Shown piece after piece: positions 1 through 10,898 of a stretch of 23,316 nucleotides of DNA. The notes beneath the pieces are model-generated. The model did no database searches. It had not been told where the DNA came from and saw only the letters and a list, made by a program, of their open reading frames with translations. How positions within the stretch are numbered: the first letter of the stretch is position 1; each line of letters starts with the position of its first letter. The stretch lies in NCBI GenBank assembly GCA_964035545.1, contig CAXIUT010000006.1, positions 74,282 to 97,597 on the forward strand, in the 5' to 3' direction. The stretch comes from Bugula neritina (taxonomy: Eukaryota; Animalia; Bryozoa). The translations under genes and the position numbers were made by a program.

Positions 1-94
1 CCCAACCCCAACCCCAACCCCAACCCCAACCCCAACCCCAACCCCAACCCCAACCCCAACCCCAACCCCAACCCCAACCCCAACCCCAACCCCA
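1..94 (+). repeat. Left telomere, (CCCCAA)n
   Basis: Perfect C4A2 tandem repeat at the window start, C-strand orientation, same repeat as Tetrahymena-type telomeres. Confidence 0.97.
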
Positions 95-328
95 GAATAT
101 ATTGATCCTATTTGACATATTAATTTATAAATATATTATTGTATAAATTTCAATTATCATCTTACTTTTTCATGTTTAGAATATATATAGCTTTAAACAA
201 TCTGAAAAGATCTGATAGTTCTAGTGATATTTTAGATTAAAGAAAAGTTTATAGTTTATTTATAAAAATGTTTGGAGTTTACACATTATTTATGTTGATT
301 TTGTTTAATCAACTAAAAAGGAAGAACG

Positions 329-1129
329 ATGTCAAACCTAAACAGTGCAGACAGAGACCTCATTATGAAATAGTAGTAGTCGATAAATTACAACTTTTTT
401 GACAAACAAGAATAAATAGAAAAAATCAACTAAAGAAAAAAATAACTTATAAAAACCAACTTAAAATAAAAATAATAAAAATAGTAAAAAAAAGTTTTAA
501 AATCAACTAAGATTTAGTGTATGTTAACGTATTTGATAAAATAATTAAATTCTTCAGGAAATTTACTTAATGCATTATCCTAGACTTATATTTTTCTTCA
601 TGAGCAAAAATATAAACATCTTAAAAAGTCAACAAAAGAATAATAATTAGTTTAAGATAAAAAGGTTAGGATAAAAGGAAAGAAAATACATAAAGATAAT
701 AAAAAATTGAAGTTTTAAGATTAAAAATCATTAATTCCTTAAGAAAAAAATATTTAAGTAAAATTTGAACAAAAAAATACCCTTAAAAAGGAAGAATATA
801 ATTAATCAAAAGATTATATGGATATTTAGAAGATGAAAAACAATCAAGCATATAGATAATAAGATCCAGTAATAGCAAATGATAAGCTTACAAAGATAGA
901 CTCTAATGGTTGTTTAGTAAATAGAATATTCTAAGATGAGATTTTAGCAAAGGAAAACAAACCACTACAAGTACAAAGTCTCTCAAGTATGACAAATCCA
1001 AATTATAAAATCTAAAAAATAAGAATGTTGAGTTAAATGTTGAAAGACTTTTCCACTCTATCAAACAAATAAAAAAAAGAGTTCTTTACATAAGATCCCG
1101 ATATATTCAATCATAAGGCATAAAAATGA
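329..1129 (+). CDS. Orphan K/E-rich protein, 'MSNLNS' family paralog 1 (266 aa)
   Basis: ATG329 to TGA1127-1129, open with TAR=Glu. Shares MSNLNS start, KKVRIKGKKIHKD and NGCLVNRIF...AKENKPL...NP motifs with 18589-19473. Confidence 0.75.
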
Positions 1130-1318
1130 GATAAAAAATATAAAAATAACGTTTGTTATGGAAACAGTAATCTGAAAATCAAAAATCAAAATGATTCTTT
1201 GCTTTATTTTCTAATTTATTGATTAAAAGTCAAATGAATAAACTATTAAAATGATGATAAATAGTTCATTAAAAGTATATAGATAAAAAAAGATGATAAT
1301 TTAAATAAAAATATTATA

Positions 1319-2680
1319 TCAGTTTAATGCTTTTCCTTTTATATCTTGGAGGATTTACAGTTTTAAGATGGGAGTATTTTATTATGATAATTTGTTGTTT
1401 TTTGTGTTTTGGTAGTTATGAAGTGGGACACTAATGGTGCTAAGACGTTTGACTAAGAATTAATTTTGACCAATAAGTAGATCTTTGAAATTATTATAAT
1501 TTTTAAGAAATAGTTTTACGATAAGTTTTTCTGGATTACTACTTAATTTAAAAACAGTTGAAGATTCATTCCACTATATTTTATCTTGATTTGCAGATAA
1601 AGAACTCCTATAAATTGGGTTTTATTTTTAGTTATAATTAAGAATCACATAAAAGTTATCTTTTTGTTCTATTTGATTTAAATTTGACACTTAGTGAATA
1701 ACAAATCTTATATTCTATTCTATATTCTATTTATTGATTTTTTAAACATTATTGGTCACTATCTCTTTTACATTAATATTTATTCTTTTAGAAGATGTAC
1801 TTTATTCTTTGTTATTTGTTTATTCAGCAAGTTAATATTTTTTAGAATTAACACTTAGATCTTTTTATGATTCTAGCATTAAAGAATTATGTGCAGTAAG
1901 ACAAGATGATCCTTGTTCCCATTTCTTGTCGTTAGTATATCCTTGATCAAAAACTAAAATATATTCTTTGCTATCAATCTTTTATTTAAATTTATCATTC
2001 AGAAGAAAACTTATCTATTTGAATTATTTTACCATGCTTGAGATAGTTTAGTTAAAAGTTGACTGTTTGGGAGTATTAAGAGATGTTTTTAGTTCGAAGG
2101 AATTGCCGCTGATTAATTTTATTTATTTTTGTGGATCTTTTAATTATAGTTTTTAATGCATTTTTTATGCTATATCTATCAACTATTTTCTGAGGTTTTA
2201 TCTTTATTCGTATTGTAGAGCTATTTAAACCATGTTTAAACAGTTAGAGTATTATTATTGTTGTAAAAATAGTAGACCTTTCAAAGCAAAAGCTTCTTTA
2301 TTGTTATAACTATAGTGAATAGCTTTATCAACAAATTATGTCTTTCTTTTTCTTTTGCCAGCAACTGTATTGACACTTGACAGAGCTAAACATAAATTTT
2401 AAAAAGCTTATTGCTATTATCCAATTCTCAAATAGATGACAAATCGATTGAAGTAAGTGATATAGTTGAGATGGTCTAATTTGATGCTGGCTTAAAGGTC
2501 AGAGAATGCCGACTAGAGTTGATGAAGTTGAAAATGAATGATGGCTCTGTTGTTGTAAAGGAGTGAGGATTTGGGTTTGAGGAAGAGGCAGTCGTTGAGA
2601 ATCGAGAGACAGATTTGGTGGTGTCCTTGTTGGTATAGTTATTGTGATTGTTTAAGGAGAGAGGGGATGGTTTCAGTCAT
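1319..2680 (-). CDS. TPR-repeat protein with a putative C-terminal C2-like domain (453 aa)
   Basis: Open frame ATG2680 to TGA1319. N-terminus has TPR pattern (LYNNRAIIHFQLHQLESAFSDLEASIKLD..YITYFNR). C-terminus WNESSTVFKL..PEKLIVKLFLKNYNNFKDLLIGQ resembles C2 strands (by eye). Confidence 0.75.
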
Positions 2681-2861
2681 TAAGATTGCTATTTTTATGA
2701 TATTATAAATATAGCTAGGACAAGCTGCACATTATTTAACTAGTTTGGATAAAATCGTTTATTTTGTGGTAGTTAGTGGTGTGATAGTTATTTAGGAGAT
2801 GTTGGATGTAATAATGAATTGAAGATTTAAGTTGATTGATTTATTATTTAAATAGGTGATA

Positions 2862-4693
2862 ATGGATCATGTGGGTTCTGATAAGCGTCGATTTGAGGAT
2901 ATGCGACAGGCTCTTGAATCAAAAAACTATGAGATTATTAAATCTATTGGCAAGGGTGCCTTTGGGGAGGTGGTCTTGGCTCGGCACAGTATTTCCGTTA
3001 TCAATTAGAATCCACAGACATATACTACGCAGTTAAAATCATTAGCAAAATGCATATCAAAAAGAAACCTTTCTTGCAGAAATATATCGACCAAGAAATA
3101 GACATCATGAAAAAACTCAACCATCCGAATATAGTTCGCTACTAGCATGAGTTTACAAGTAGCTCTTCCTTACTCAGCCACAGAATTCATCATCATTATT
3201 ATGGAATACTGCGAACATGGCAACTTGCTGACCTATCAGGCCAAGTTGCCTAGTAAAATATTTCCTCTTAAACATGCCACGAAAGTTATCATTGAAGTCA
3301 TGAAAGGATTAAAATGTATTCATTAGAAGAATTTCATTCATAGAGATATCAAGTCGGAAAATGTTTTACTCAAAAAAGAAGGCAGCTAACTAACCTACAA
3401 AATAGCTGATTTTGGATTTGCTAGGTCGATTGGTGGAGTGGGGGCTAAAACTCATTGTGGAACATAAAAATATATGGCTCCTGAAATCATCAGTAATAGT
3501 TATTATGGTATTTCAGTTGATATCTGGGCTTTAGGTGTCCTTTTCTATTTTATGCTGTTTGCTTAGTATCCTTTCAAAGGTAATTATAGTGCAATGCAGG
3601 TCATGATATGAAGGCAGAGATTCAGCGAAGATGTTCGAATCCTTCTTTTAGTTTGCAATCTACTCTTACCAAGAAAGATAGGTTAAAGGAACAGCAAAGT
3701 TAATTATAGGATTTTTTCAAAAGAATTTTTGTGGTTGATAGTAAAAAGAGAATGACGTTTTCTAATATTATCAAACATCCTTTGTTCAACGATTATGAAA
3801 ATGATTTTAAAGAGAATATTGTGTTCTATAACAAGTTGGAAAAGAACTAGGAAATGTTCAGAGATGAGCCTGATAAATTTTAGTACGGTGCTGATAGCTA
3901 GATGGAGCCTGAAGACGAGTCTCGAGCTCATTTATTGAAGAAAAAAGCCATAAGCAAGTAATCAAAACATCTTGAGCGTTAGTTATAGTAGGTATATTTT
4001 TAGATCTGTAAAATTCAGTATCTTAAAGAATGTGCTATTGAGTTATTTGATAACTACGCATCTTATTTAACTTATGCTGAACGTTTAGCTGCTAAATTTT
4101 ATCTTTTGAAGGCTTATATATTTTTTTCTGATCCCTTGCTTCATAGTTTGACATGTGGGAAGATGCCTGAGTCACTGGGGGAGATATAGATTGATCAGAA
4201 GCGATGGGTTGAATGTTCTCGTACGCCTGAGTTCAAAAAGTTTGTAAATAAGATGTAGGAGTAGAACATGAAGGCTCATTTGATGTTCTAAGATACTTAT
4301 AGTGAGATAACTATTGTGTTAAAAGACATGCCAATTAAAAACTTCTAGAAAGGTTATAAGTTATCGGTTGATGAGAAGAGTTTTGACGAGTTGAAGTTTT
4401 CATATCGATCTACTACATCGTATATATTCAAATCGATTCATGAGAATACGAAGATTGATCCTCATACTCGTAACAAGATCAAGATGAGGTTATTTTGTTG
4501 TCATATGATAAACAGGATATTTAATCGAAAGGAGATAGCTGATCACTTTCCTTTTTTTATAAAGTGGTTAAAGACAAAGAAGATTGAGTACTCTCATACA
4601 TTTGACTTTATTTACTTTAAGAAGTGGATATTGGAGGAAACTCAACAAAATTTGTAGAGAAATATTGCTTTGTTGCATAAAACTTTCTTCTGA
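2862..4693 (+). CDS. Ser/Thr protein kinase, N-terminal kinase domain, 3 tiny introns
   Basis: IGKGAFGEV, YAVK, HPNIV, MEYC, HRDIKSEN, DFGFAR, CGTEKYMAPE, DIWALG. The frame is restored by removing GT-AG introns 2989-3008, 3159-3177 and 3580-3599. Ends TGA4691-4693. Confidence 0.92.
2989..3008 (+). other. 20-nt spliceosomal intron (kinase)
   Basis: gtatttccgttatcaattag; removal joins subdomain I to YAVK in frame. Confidence 0.88.
3159..3177 (+). other. 19-nt spliceosomal intron (kinase)
   Basis: gtagctcttccttactcag; removal joins HPNIV region to IIMEYC. Confidence 0.88.
3580..3599 (+). other. 20-nt spliceosomal intron (kinase)
   Basis: gtaattatagtgcaatgcag; removal gives YPFKG-H and an open frame to 4693. 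Confidence 0.85.
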
Positions 4694-4744
4694 TCATGTC
4701 TATAGTCATATCTTGTTCTTATTTTTATTAACTAATCAAAAATC

Positions 4745-4802
4745 TATCATCTTATTGATGATCTTTCTTAGATATCATCTTATTGATGATCTGTTATTAG
4801 AT
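4745..4802. repeat. Short intergenic tandem duplication, ~28-bp period
   Basis: tatcatcttattgatgatct occurs at 4745 and 4773, between two convergent genes. Confidence 0.6.
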
Positions 4803-4851
4803 ATTAATCGATCAATAGAAAAAATCAAATCACTTTATTTTGTTTTTATCT

Positions 4852-5310
4852 TCATAGATCTACCACTTGGCTCTAATCGTCGCTTTATTAGTTACTGTAT
4901 ATTGTCGAAATATGCTCGTTATCAAATAAAGTTATCTCTTCGGATATTACAGTTTTGATCTAGTCTAGTTCATCTTAGAGGTTGTTGATGATCTATAAGG
5001 AGTGGACGAAGCTACCTTCTTCTTTTTATGTTTTGAAATCTGAAGTCTAGCTATCAGTAATTTGCATCAGAGAGTTGTTAGTCAGAGAGATACAAGTGGA
5101 CTTATTTCTATTGCTTTTCAAAAGATAGTTAAAGTTTTTGATTTTACGACAGTTGTTGTTGGCAGAGGAAGAGAGTGGAGAGTTGTTTTATTGTGTTGAT
5201 CTATCGTCGTAGGTGAGAGACGAGAGGAGCGAAGAGATGGAGTTGAAGAAGAAATAGTAAGGGTTGCCTAGTTGATAGGTTTGCATGAATGCCGTACGGA
5301 GAGATGCCAT
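4852..5310 (-). CDS. Hypothetical protein with acidic C-terminus (152 aa)
   Basis: ATG5310 to TGA4852 open with TAR=Glu (MASLRTAFMQTYQLGNPYY...SDDESQVVDL); no recognisable domain. Confidence 0.6.
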
Positions 5311-5484
5311 TTAATGACTGTGGGGATTAATAATATACAAATAAAGTAAGATAATAGAGATATTTTTGATATGATGAAAGTTGGAAGAAAGAGATGTGAG
5401 AAATGGTTTATGTTGGGAAGAGTTTTTCTTGTGTTTTAATTTAATAAATATTGATTAAAATATTAAAATAATATTATCCACAGC

Positions 5485-5955
5485 ATGTCACTAATCATTT
5501 AGGACCCCTAGAACAACTTCAAACACATTCATCGTATCCTCAACACCAACATCGATGGAAAAAGAACTGTTCCTTTCGCTCTCGATAAAATCAAGGGAGT
5601 TGGAAGAAGATTTGGTTTCCTCATCTGCAAAATCCTCAGAATTAACCCTAAACTCAGAGCTGGAGAACTTAAAGAAACACAAACTGACGCCATCGCCAAA
5701 CTTATCAGCGAACCCGAAGGACACGGAGTTCCAAGATGGTTCCTCAACAGACAAAGAGACTACAAAGAAGGTAAGAATCTTCAGATCGCTTCCAACATTC
5801 TTGAAACCAAATTGAGAGAAGACGTTGAAAGACTCTTCAAAATCAGAAGTAACAGAGGTCTCAGACACAAGTGGGGACTTAAAGTTAGAGGACAACACAC
5901 CAAGACTACTGGAAGAAGAGGAAAGACTGTAGGTGTTGAAAGAAAGAAAAAATGA
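5485..5955 (+). CDS. RPS18: 40S ribosomal protein S18 (uS13), 156 aa
   Basis: FKHIHRILNTNIDGK..IKGVGRRF..RAGEL..PRWFLNRQRD..LREDVERL..RGLRHKWGLKVRGQHTKTTGRRGKTVGV; two in-frame TAG near the N-terminus; TGA stop. Confidence 0.97.
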
Positions 5956-6901
5956 TCTTTGTTACCTAGATAATCACTTCTTATCACTTAAATATCATAT
6001 TAACTCTGATAGCTTGACCTCTACTTATTATTCAACATAAAAAAAAACATAAAATGCTTCTAATAATAAAAACTCTTGTTTTCATGGAAGTCTTGTATTT
6101 CTATTTGATTTAGGCCTAATCCAATCTTTTGAATATTTTCAAAAATAAATCATTCATGATTTTTTTTTACTAATTGTATTATCTGTATGAACGATGTCTG
6201 GATAGCAGCCATTGTGGCTAGAGGTGTTGATAGAGGAGATAGTAGGTGTGTGAGTGGTTGATTTGATGGTTTGCGGGAGGTCTATATATTTTTATTGGAT
6301 GTAATAAGAGTATGATATGTTCTTTAATTGATGATTCGATAATAAAAAAGGTAATATTCGATTTAGGAGGCGATGTAGGTGTTTTGAAATATTCAAGAAG
6401 AGGTTTCTGAATGGAGTTTTCTATTCGAAAGGGTGCGATCTGATGCTTCCCATAACCTTTCATTTTTTGACAGAACTATTATCTTCAAATCATTAATATC
6501 CTTTACTCTAAAACTAACTATCACCCAAAATAAAAACAATCATCTGCCTCTCCACAATCTATTTTGACCTCTAATACAATTAAAATTTGAATTATCATCT
6601 GTAGCGGTTATCCCCGCTATCAACTCATCACCTTGCCACGAATAACCAATCCTTTTTCAAACAAACTAAGCCAACTCAAAGCTTAGCTTCTGCACAACCA
6701 ACCCAGAATGACTCCCTTGGTTTGAACCTATCCGCCATCTAACAGACTAGCAAAAATGCAACAAATAAATAATATTGAACTGATAACAGATGATTTCGAG
6801 AAGATGAAGAGTTAATAGGTTGATTTGAATGAGTGGGAAGGTTAACGTAACTATTTTATTTGAATATGTTAAAGAAATAGATTAAATGGAATGATATCCG
6901 A

Positions 6902-7312
6902 TCACTAAGTTTTGCTTTCGCCAGCTTGTCCGATCAAGAGGTTCTTGTGAATGTGAGGGATAACTCCTCCTCCAGCAATGGTAGCTTTGATTAAGAGGTC
7001 AAGTTCTTAATCTCCTCTGATGGCGAGTTGCAAGTGTCTGGGGGTAATTCTTCTGACTTTGAAGTCTTTTGAAGCGTTTCCGGCCAATTCGAGGACCTCA
7101 GCTGTAAGGTACTCAAGGATGGCGGCAGTGTAGACTGCGGCTGTGGATCCAACTCTGTTTCTGGCTGAGACTCTGCTTTTAAGGAATCTGTGAATTCTTC
7201 CAACTGGGAACTGAAGTCCAGCTCTGGTTGACTTGGATTGAGCTGGTCTCTTAGACTTTCCGACTTTACCACCTTTTCCTCCTTTTCCTCCTTTGCCTCC
7301 TTTTCCTGCCAT
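6902..7312 (-). CDS. H2A.Z: Histone variant H2A.Z (hv1-like), 136 aa
   Basis: [10 protein letters not shown] tail, [49 protein letters not shown][TAA=E][21 protein letters not shown], which are H2A.Z-specific signatures. Ends TAG TGA. Confidence 0.96.
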
Positions 7313-7581
7313 CTTTAAAATAATTATAACTACTTGCATTAAAAGTGATTTAAAGGCCGATATATTACAGCTTTAAATCTGATTGGTTGTCTAAAGTGAG
7401 TGACGATTTTTGGACTCCAAACCCGCCATCTCACATCTTGCTTACTTTTCCAAAACTACTCTTGTTTCTCTTCTTTATGGTTCAAATTTTATCTCTTGAG
7501 AGGGTTGCGCTTCCTCTGGAGATCGAATATTAGTATCAAAACATGTCCATGTTTTTTTGTCTTTCCAAAACAAAGAAGGGG

Positions 7582-7836
7582 TCATTGAGGGGCGCAAGGT
7601 ACACTAAAAATGTTTTAGCTTGAGTTGTTTATTTTACTCTTCTACTTTTTTATTTTTGGGGGCATCCTATTCATATAAATCTGACATCTTGGTTTGGCAA
7701 TGATATCAGAGAACTCGTATTAGGTTGCTATTGGTTGGAAAGTAGCTTTGGCAACTTTCTGATCTTGTTATTTTAGCTCATCTAACAAATAATAGACTTT
7801 TTCTGCTTGTTCTTCATATAATTAAACATTATTCAT
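7582..7836 (-). CDS. Possible small hypothetical protein (84 aa), structure uncertain
   Basis: ATG7836 (MNNVELYEEQAEKVYYLLDELKEQ...) to TGA7582; an overlapping alternative frame also looks coding. Confidence 0.3.
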
Positions 7837-7908
7837 AACTACAAATAACTATCAATCATCATCTAAACCTTCTTAATGTCATCAAAAACTCAATCTAAAC
7901 TATATAAA

Positions 7909-9045
7909 TCATTAACTGAACCTGAAATCACCTTACTTCTCTTCTTTTTCTCTTTAGAATGTTCTTTCTTTGATTTATTTCTTAAATTCATCTATATTTT
8001 ACTAATAATTATTCAATTTGAAGCTAAGCTATAGTTTTGTTTTGTTTAGCCTTTAAATATTTTATAAATACAGTTTTTTTGAGTAAGATTGTCGTTCTTT
8101 TAGATATTGTTCTTCTTGTTGTAGATTTTTTAGTTATTTTTATTGAATTTCTTTATCTATCTTTATCTTTTCCTTTATTAGCTTTTAATACTAAACGCTA
8201 TATATTTACTCCATCTTGCTACTTTATTGACTTTTGTTCATCTTGTTGTCTGAAAAATGCATTTTATTTTAAACAAGCATGCATGAATTATGTTTTTCTT
8301 TAATGTGAGGGATCTCAGGAAAGCGATCACCTAAATCACTGTAAACGAGAACAGATTTAGAAGGAACTGCATTCATTATGTACTGATTCTAAGAGTATGA
8401 AAGTAGAGATAATCGTTCTTCAATTGGTTACAATTTACTTGCAATAAATGGTCCTTTTGCTTTTACTATAATTTTATTCTATACTTGAAATTCTTCTTTA
8501 TTTTATGGTCTATTTGAATTTATTTCTTTTTATTTGATTTTGTTTCTTTTTTAGACAAGCAGCCTCGGTGGGGCGAGTTTAAGTTTAGGAGGTGGGTCAT
8601 TATTAATGTCAATATTATCGAATTACAGATTATTTTATTTTTTGACTATATTGGTGGTAATTAGGTTGTGAGAGATGAATCTTTCTATTCCTAGTTTTTT
8701 ATGGTTATCTTTGGCATTAAATAATTTTTTATTGATTTGAGTATTATTAGTTGGTAACGGCTATCTCCAAGAGATAAAGTTATCGAAGGAGTTGTTATGA
8801 TTATTTTATTTGTTTTTTTATTCTCTATTCGTAGTTCTATCTGAATGGTTAGTTGTATTAACAGTCAGGTTATGGATATCTTTGTGAGTGATATCTAGGT
8901 TGTTATTTTTTCCAATGGATCTTTTGATTCCTTTTCTTTTTTTTTACTAAGAAAGGAATATTCTTTTGGTTGGCAGGTAGATGACGATATCATTTTATTT
9001 TGATTATTTGTTGCAGCAGGAGAGACATTAATTCAAGGTATTCAT
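7909..9045 (-). CDS. Hypothetical K/N/E-rich protein, coiled-coil-like C-terminus (378 aa)
   Basis: ATG9045 (MNTLNECLSCCNK) to TGA7909, open with TAR=Glu. Confidence 0.65.
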
Positions 9046-9076
9046 CTATACAATTATAAATAATTTAAATAATCTG

Positions 9077-9084
9077 TATTTACA
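9077..9084 (-). promoter_or_regulatory. Candidate Pumilio response element (UGUAAAUA) in the Pumilio gene's 3' UTR
   Basis: Minus strand reads TGA TGTAAATA, a perfect UGUANAUA directly after the stop. Confidence 0.55.
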
Positions 9085-10596
9085 TCATTTTACTTTTTAT
9101 ATTTGAAGTAGTACATGTCTACCATATTGTGATTGACTGATTTCTTGGTTATTTTATTTTAGTTTTATTTTTAGTTCATTTCTGCTTTTGCTTGATATTT
9201 GATGCACTAGACTTTGAATGACGTAGTTGCCAAATTGATGTTTCGCTAGGGTAACTAAACTATATAAATCAATCGGGTACTTCTAGGATTGGGTCAGATG
9301 GGTTGCTAATTTTTATCTGTAAATAGATGATGATAATTTTATAACCTTTTCAATGACATTGCTGGCATATTTGTTGCAAGATAGTATGATAAAGTTGTTA
9401 AGAAAGATCTATTCTATGGTAGTTTGGTATTCTTTCGAATGGGTTACTATATGTTGCATGACGTAGTTTCCGTATTGGCACTGGGATAACTCTATGCTGA
9501 TAGCTAGTAATTTATTGAATATTTATTTTTATTTCTCTTTGATCTAGTTAAGTTTCATCAGTATTGGATCTTTTTATCTATCTTTTTTGAGGAGTTACTA
9601 CAGATAGATGATCTAGTAATGTAGTTTTTATAGATATTTTTGTATGACTCGGCATCCGTAGGCATGCAGTGATAGACTTTTGTACTAACTAAGTTGATGT
9701 ATACGTTTTAGGTGATTATTTTTACTATTTTTGATAGGAATTACAGTTCGAATACTTATATGCATTTTTGGATTACATGATTTCCATTGATGTTTTCAAT
9801 GAAAAACAAACTATATGGTTATAAAATTAATATTATCTCTTTTTGCTATTCTTGTTGTTTTTGGATATAATCTATTGCTTTTTGAACTACTCTACAGCCA
9901 TAGCAATTTTTAGATAGTTATAAGATGTTATTTTTAACTATTTTGAATAGTTTTGAGCAGTGTTATTCTTCTCCTCTTTAAAATAATTTTTGAAATACAT
10001 AGTTCCCAAATTTATCTTTGCAAAGATCCACTGTTTCTTTTATCAATGCTTCAAAAAGTATCTTTTTTATTTAAACCTATCCATTTTATATCATTGATTG
10101 AACAGCTCTAGAACCGTATTGGTCGCGTGCCCATCTGCTGGTTTGATCAAGGCTGGCCATTATTTATTACTAGATGGTTAGGTTGTTGTAGTATTGCTGG
10201 GTGGGAACTGATACTCCATAATATCCGTGATATTACTCCTAAGTTTGAAGACTCAATCTGAGTTGATAATTAAATACTTTCTGTAATTATTAACAGGGAC
10301 ATCGATGAATTCTTAACTTCTTTTATGAAAAGATTTGACTAGTCCGTATTTATCGAGTTACGGGTCGCTTTGGGTTATTTATTCGATAAAATCTTAGTAG
10401 AACTAGATGAATCGATGAGTACTCTTGTTCCGATGTCGAAGAGGATGGGAGGGGCTGAGAAGGCAGCAAGTTTTTATGATTTTTTATCTGAATGTAGAGA
10501 TCTAGTTTCAGGAATATCGTCGGCTATGGTTGTTTTAGGTGTACATTCTAGAAGTTTTTTGGGTAGGAACTTTTATTATTAGTTGTATTGATGCAT
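9085..10596 (-). CDS. Pumilio/PUF RNA-binding protein, 8 repeats, tiny introns
   Basis: DQYGSRAVQ, DKFGNYVFQ, NCYGCRVVQ, NINGNHVIQ, HAYGCRVIQ, CQYGNYVMQ, NKYASNVIE, HQFGNYVIQ. The 20-nt intron 9685-9704 is required. Two further 20-nt introns (10403-10422, 10258-10277) are inferred to connect ATG10596. Confidence 0.93.
9685..9704 (-). other. 20-nt spliceosomal intron (Pumilio)
   Basis: gtatacatcaacttagttag; removal joins PUF repeat 4 to repeat 5 in frame. Confidence 0.87.
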
Positions 10597-10898
10597 TTAA
10601 TTATAGTCAAAAATTGAATCAACACACTCCTGATCGATATATCAACTATCAGATATTGAATGGGAACTATGTTGAAGGATATTCAATGATATAATATTCT
10701 TTTATTAACTAATCTTATTTTTAAATACTTTGATCATAATTATAGTTGGGTTACTAAATGGATAATAATATAGACTTGATATCATTTATAAATATTGGTG
10801 ATTGATATTTGTGGGTTTTAGTTATTTATGTTTGAGATGATATGCTCTCTGATGGTAGAATAATATATAACCTCAACTATCTTATAAATAATAAATAG

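Noticed and set aside
5491-5987. Several ORF-track entries overlapping RPS18
   Set aside because: Antisense or off-frame shadows; the true frame starts at 5485 and contains TAG=Glu
6694-6706. Telomerase RNA template (caaccaaccc)
   Set aside because: Lacks the CAACCCCAA needed to template G4T2
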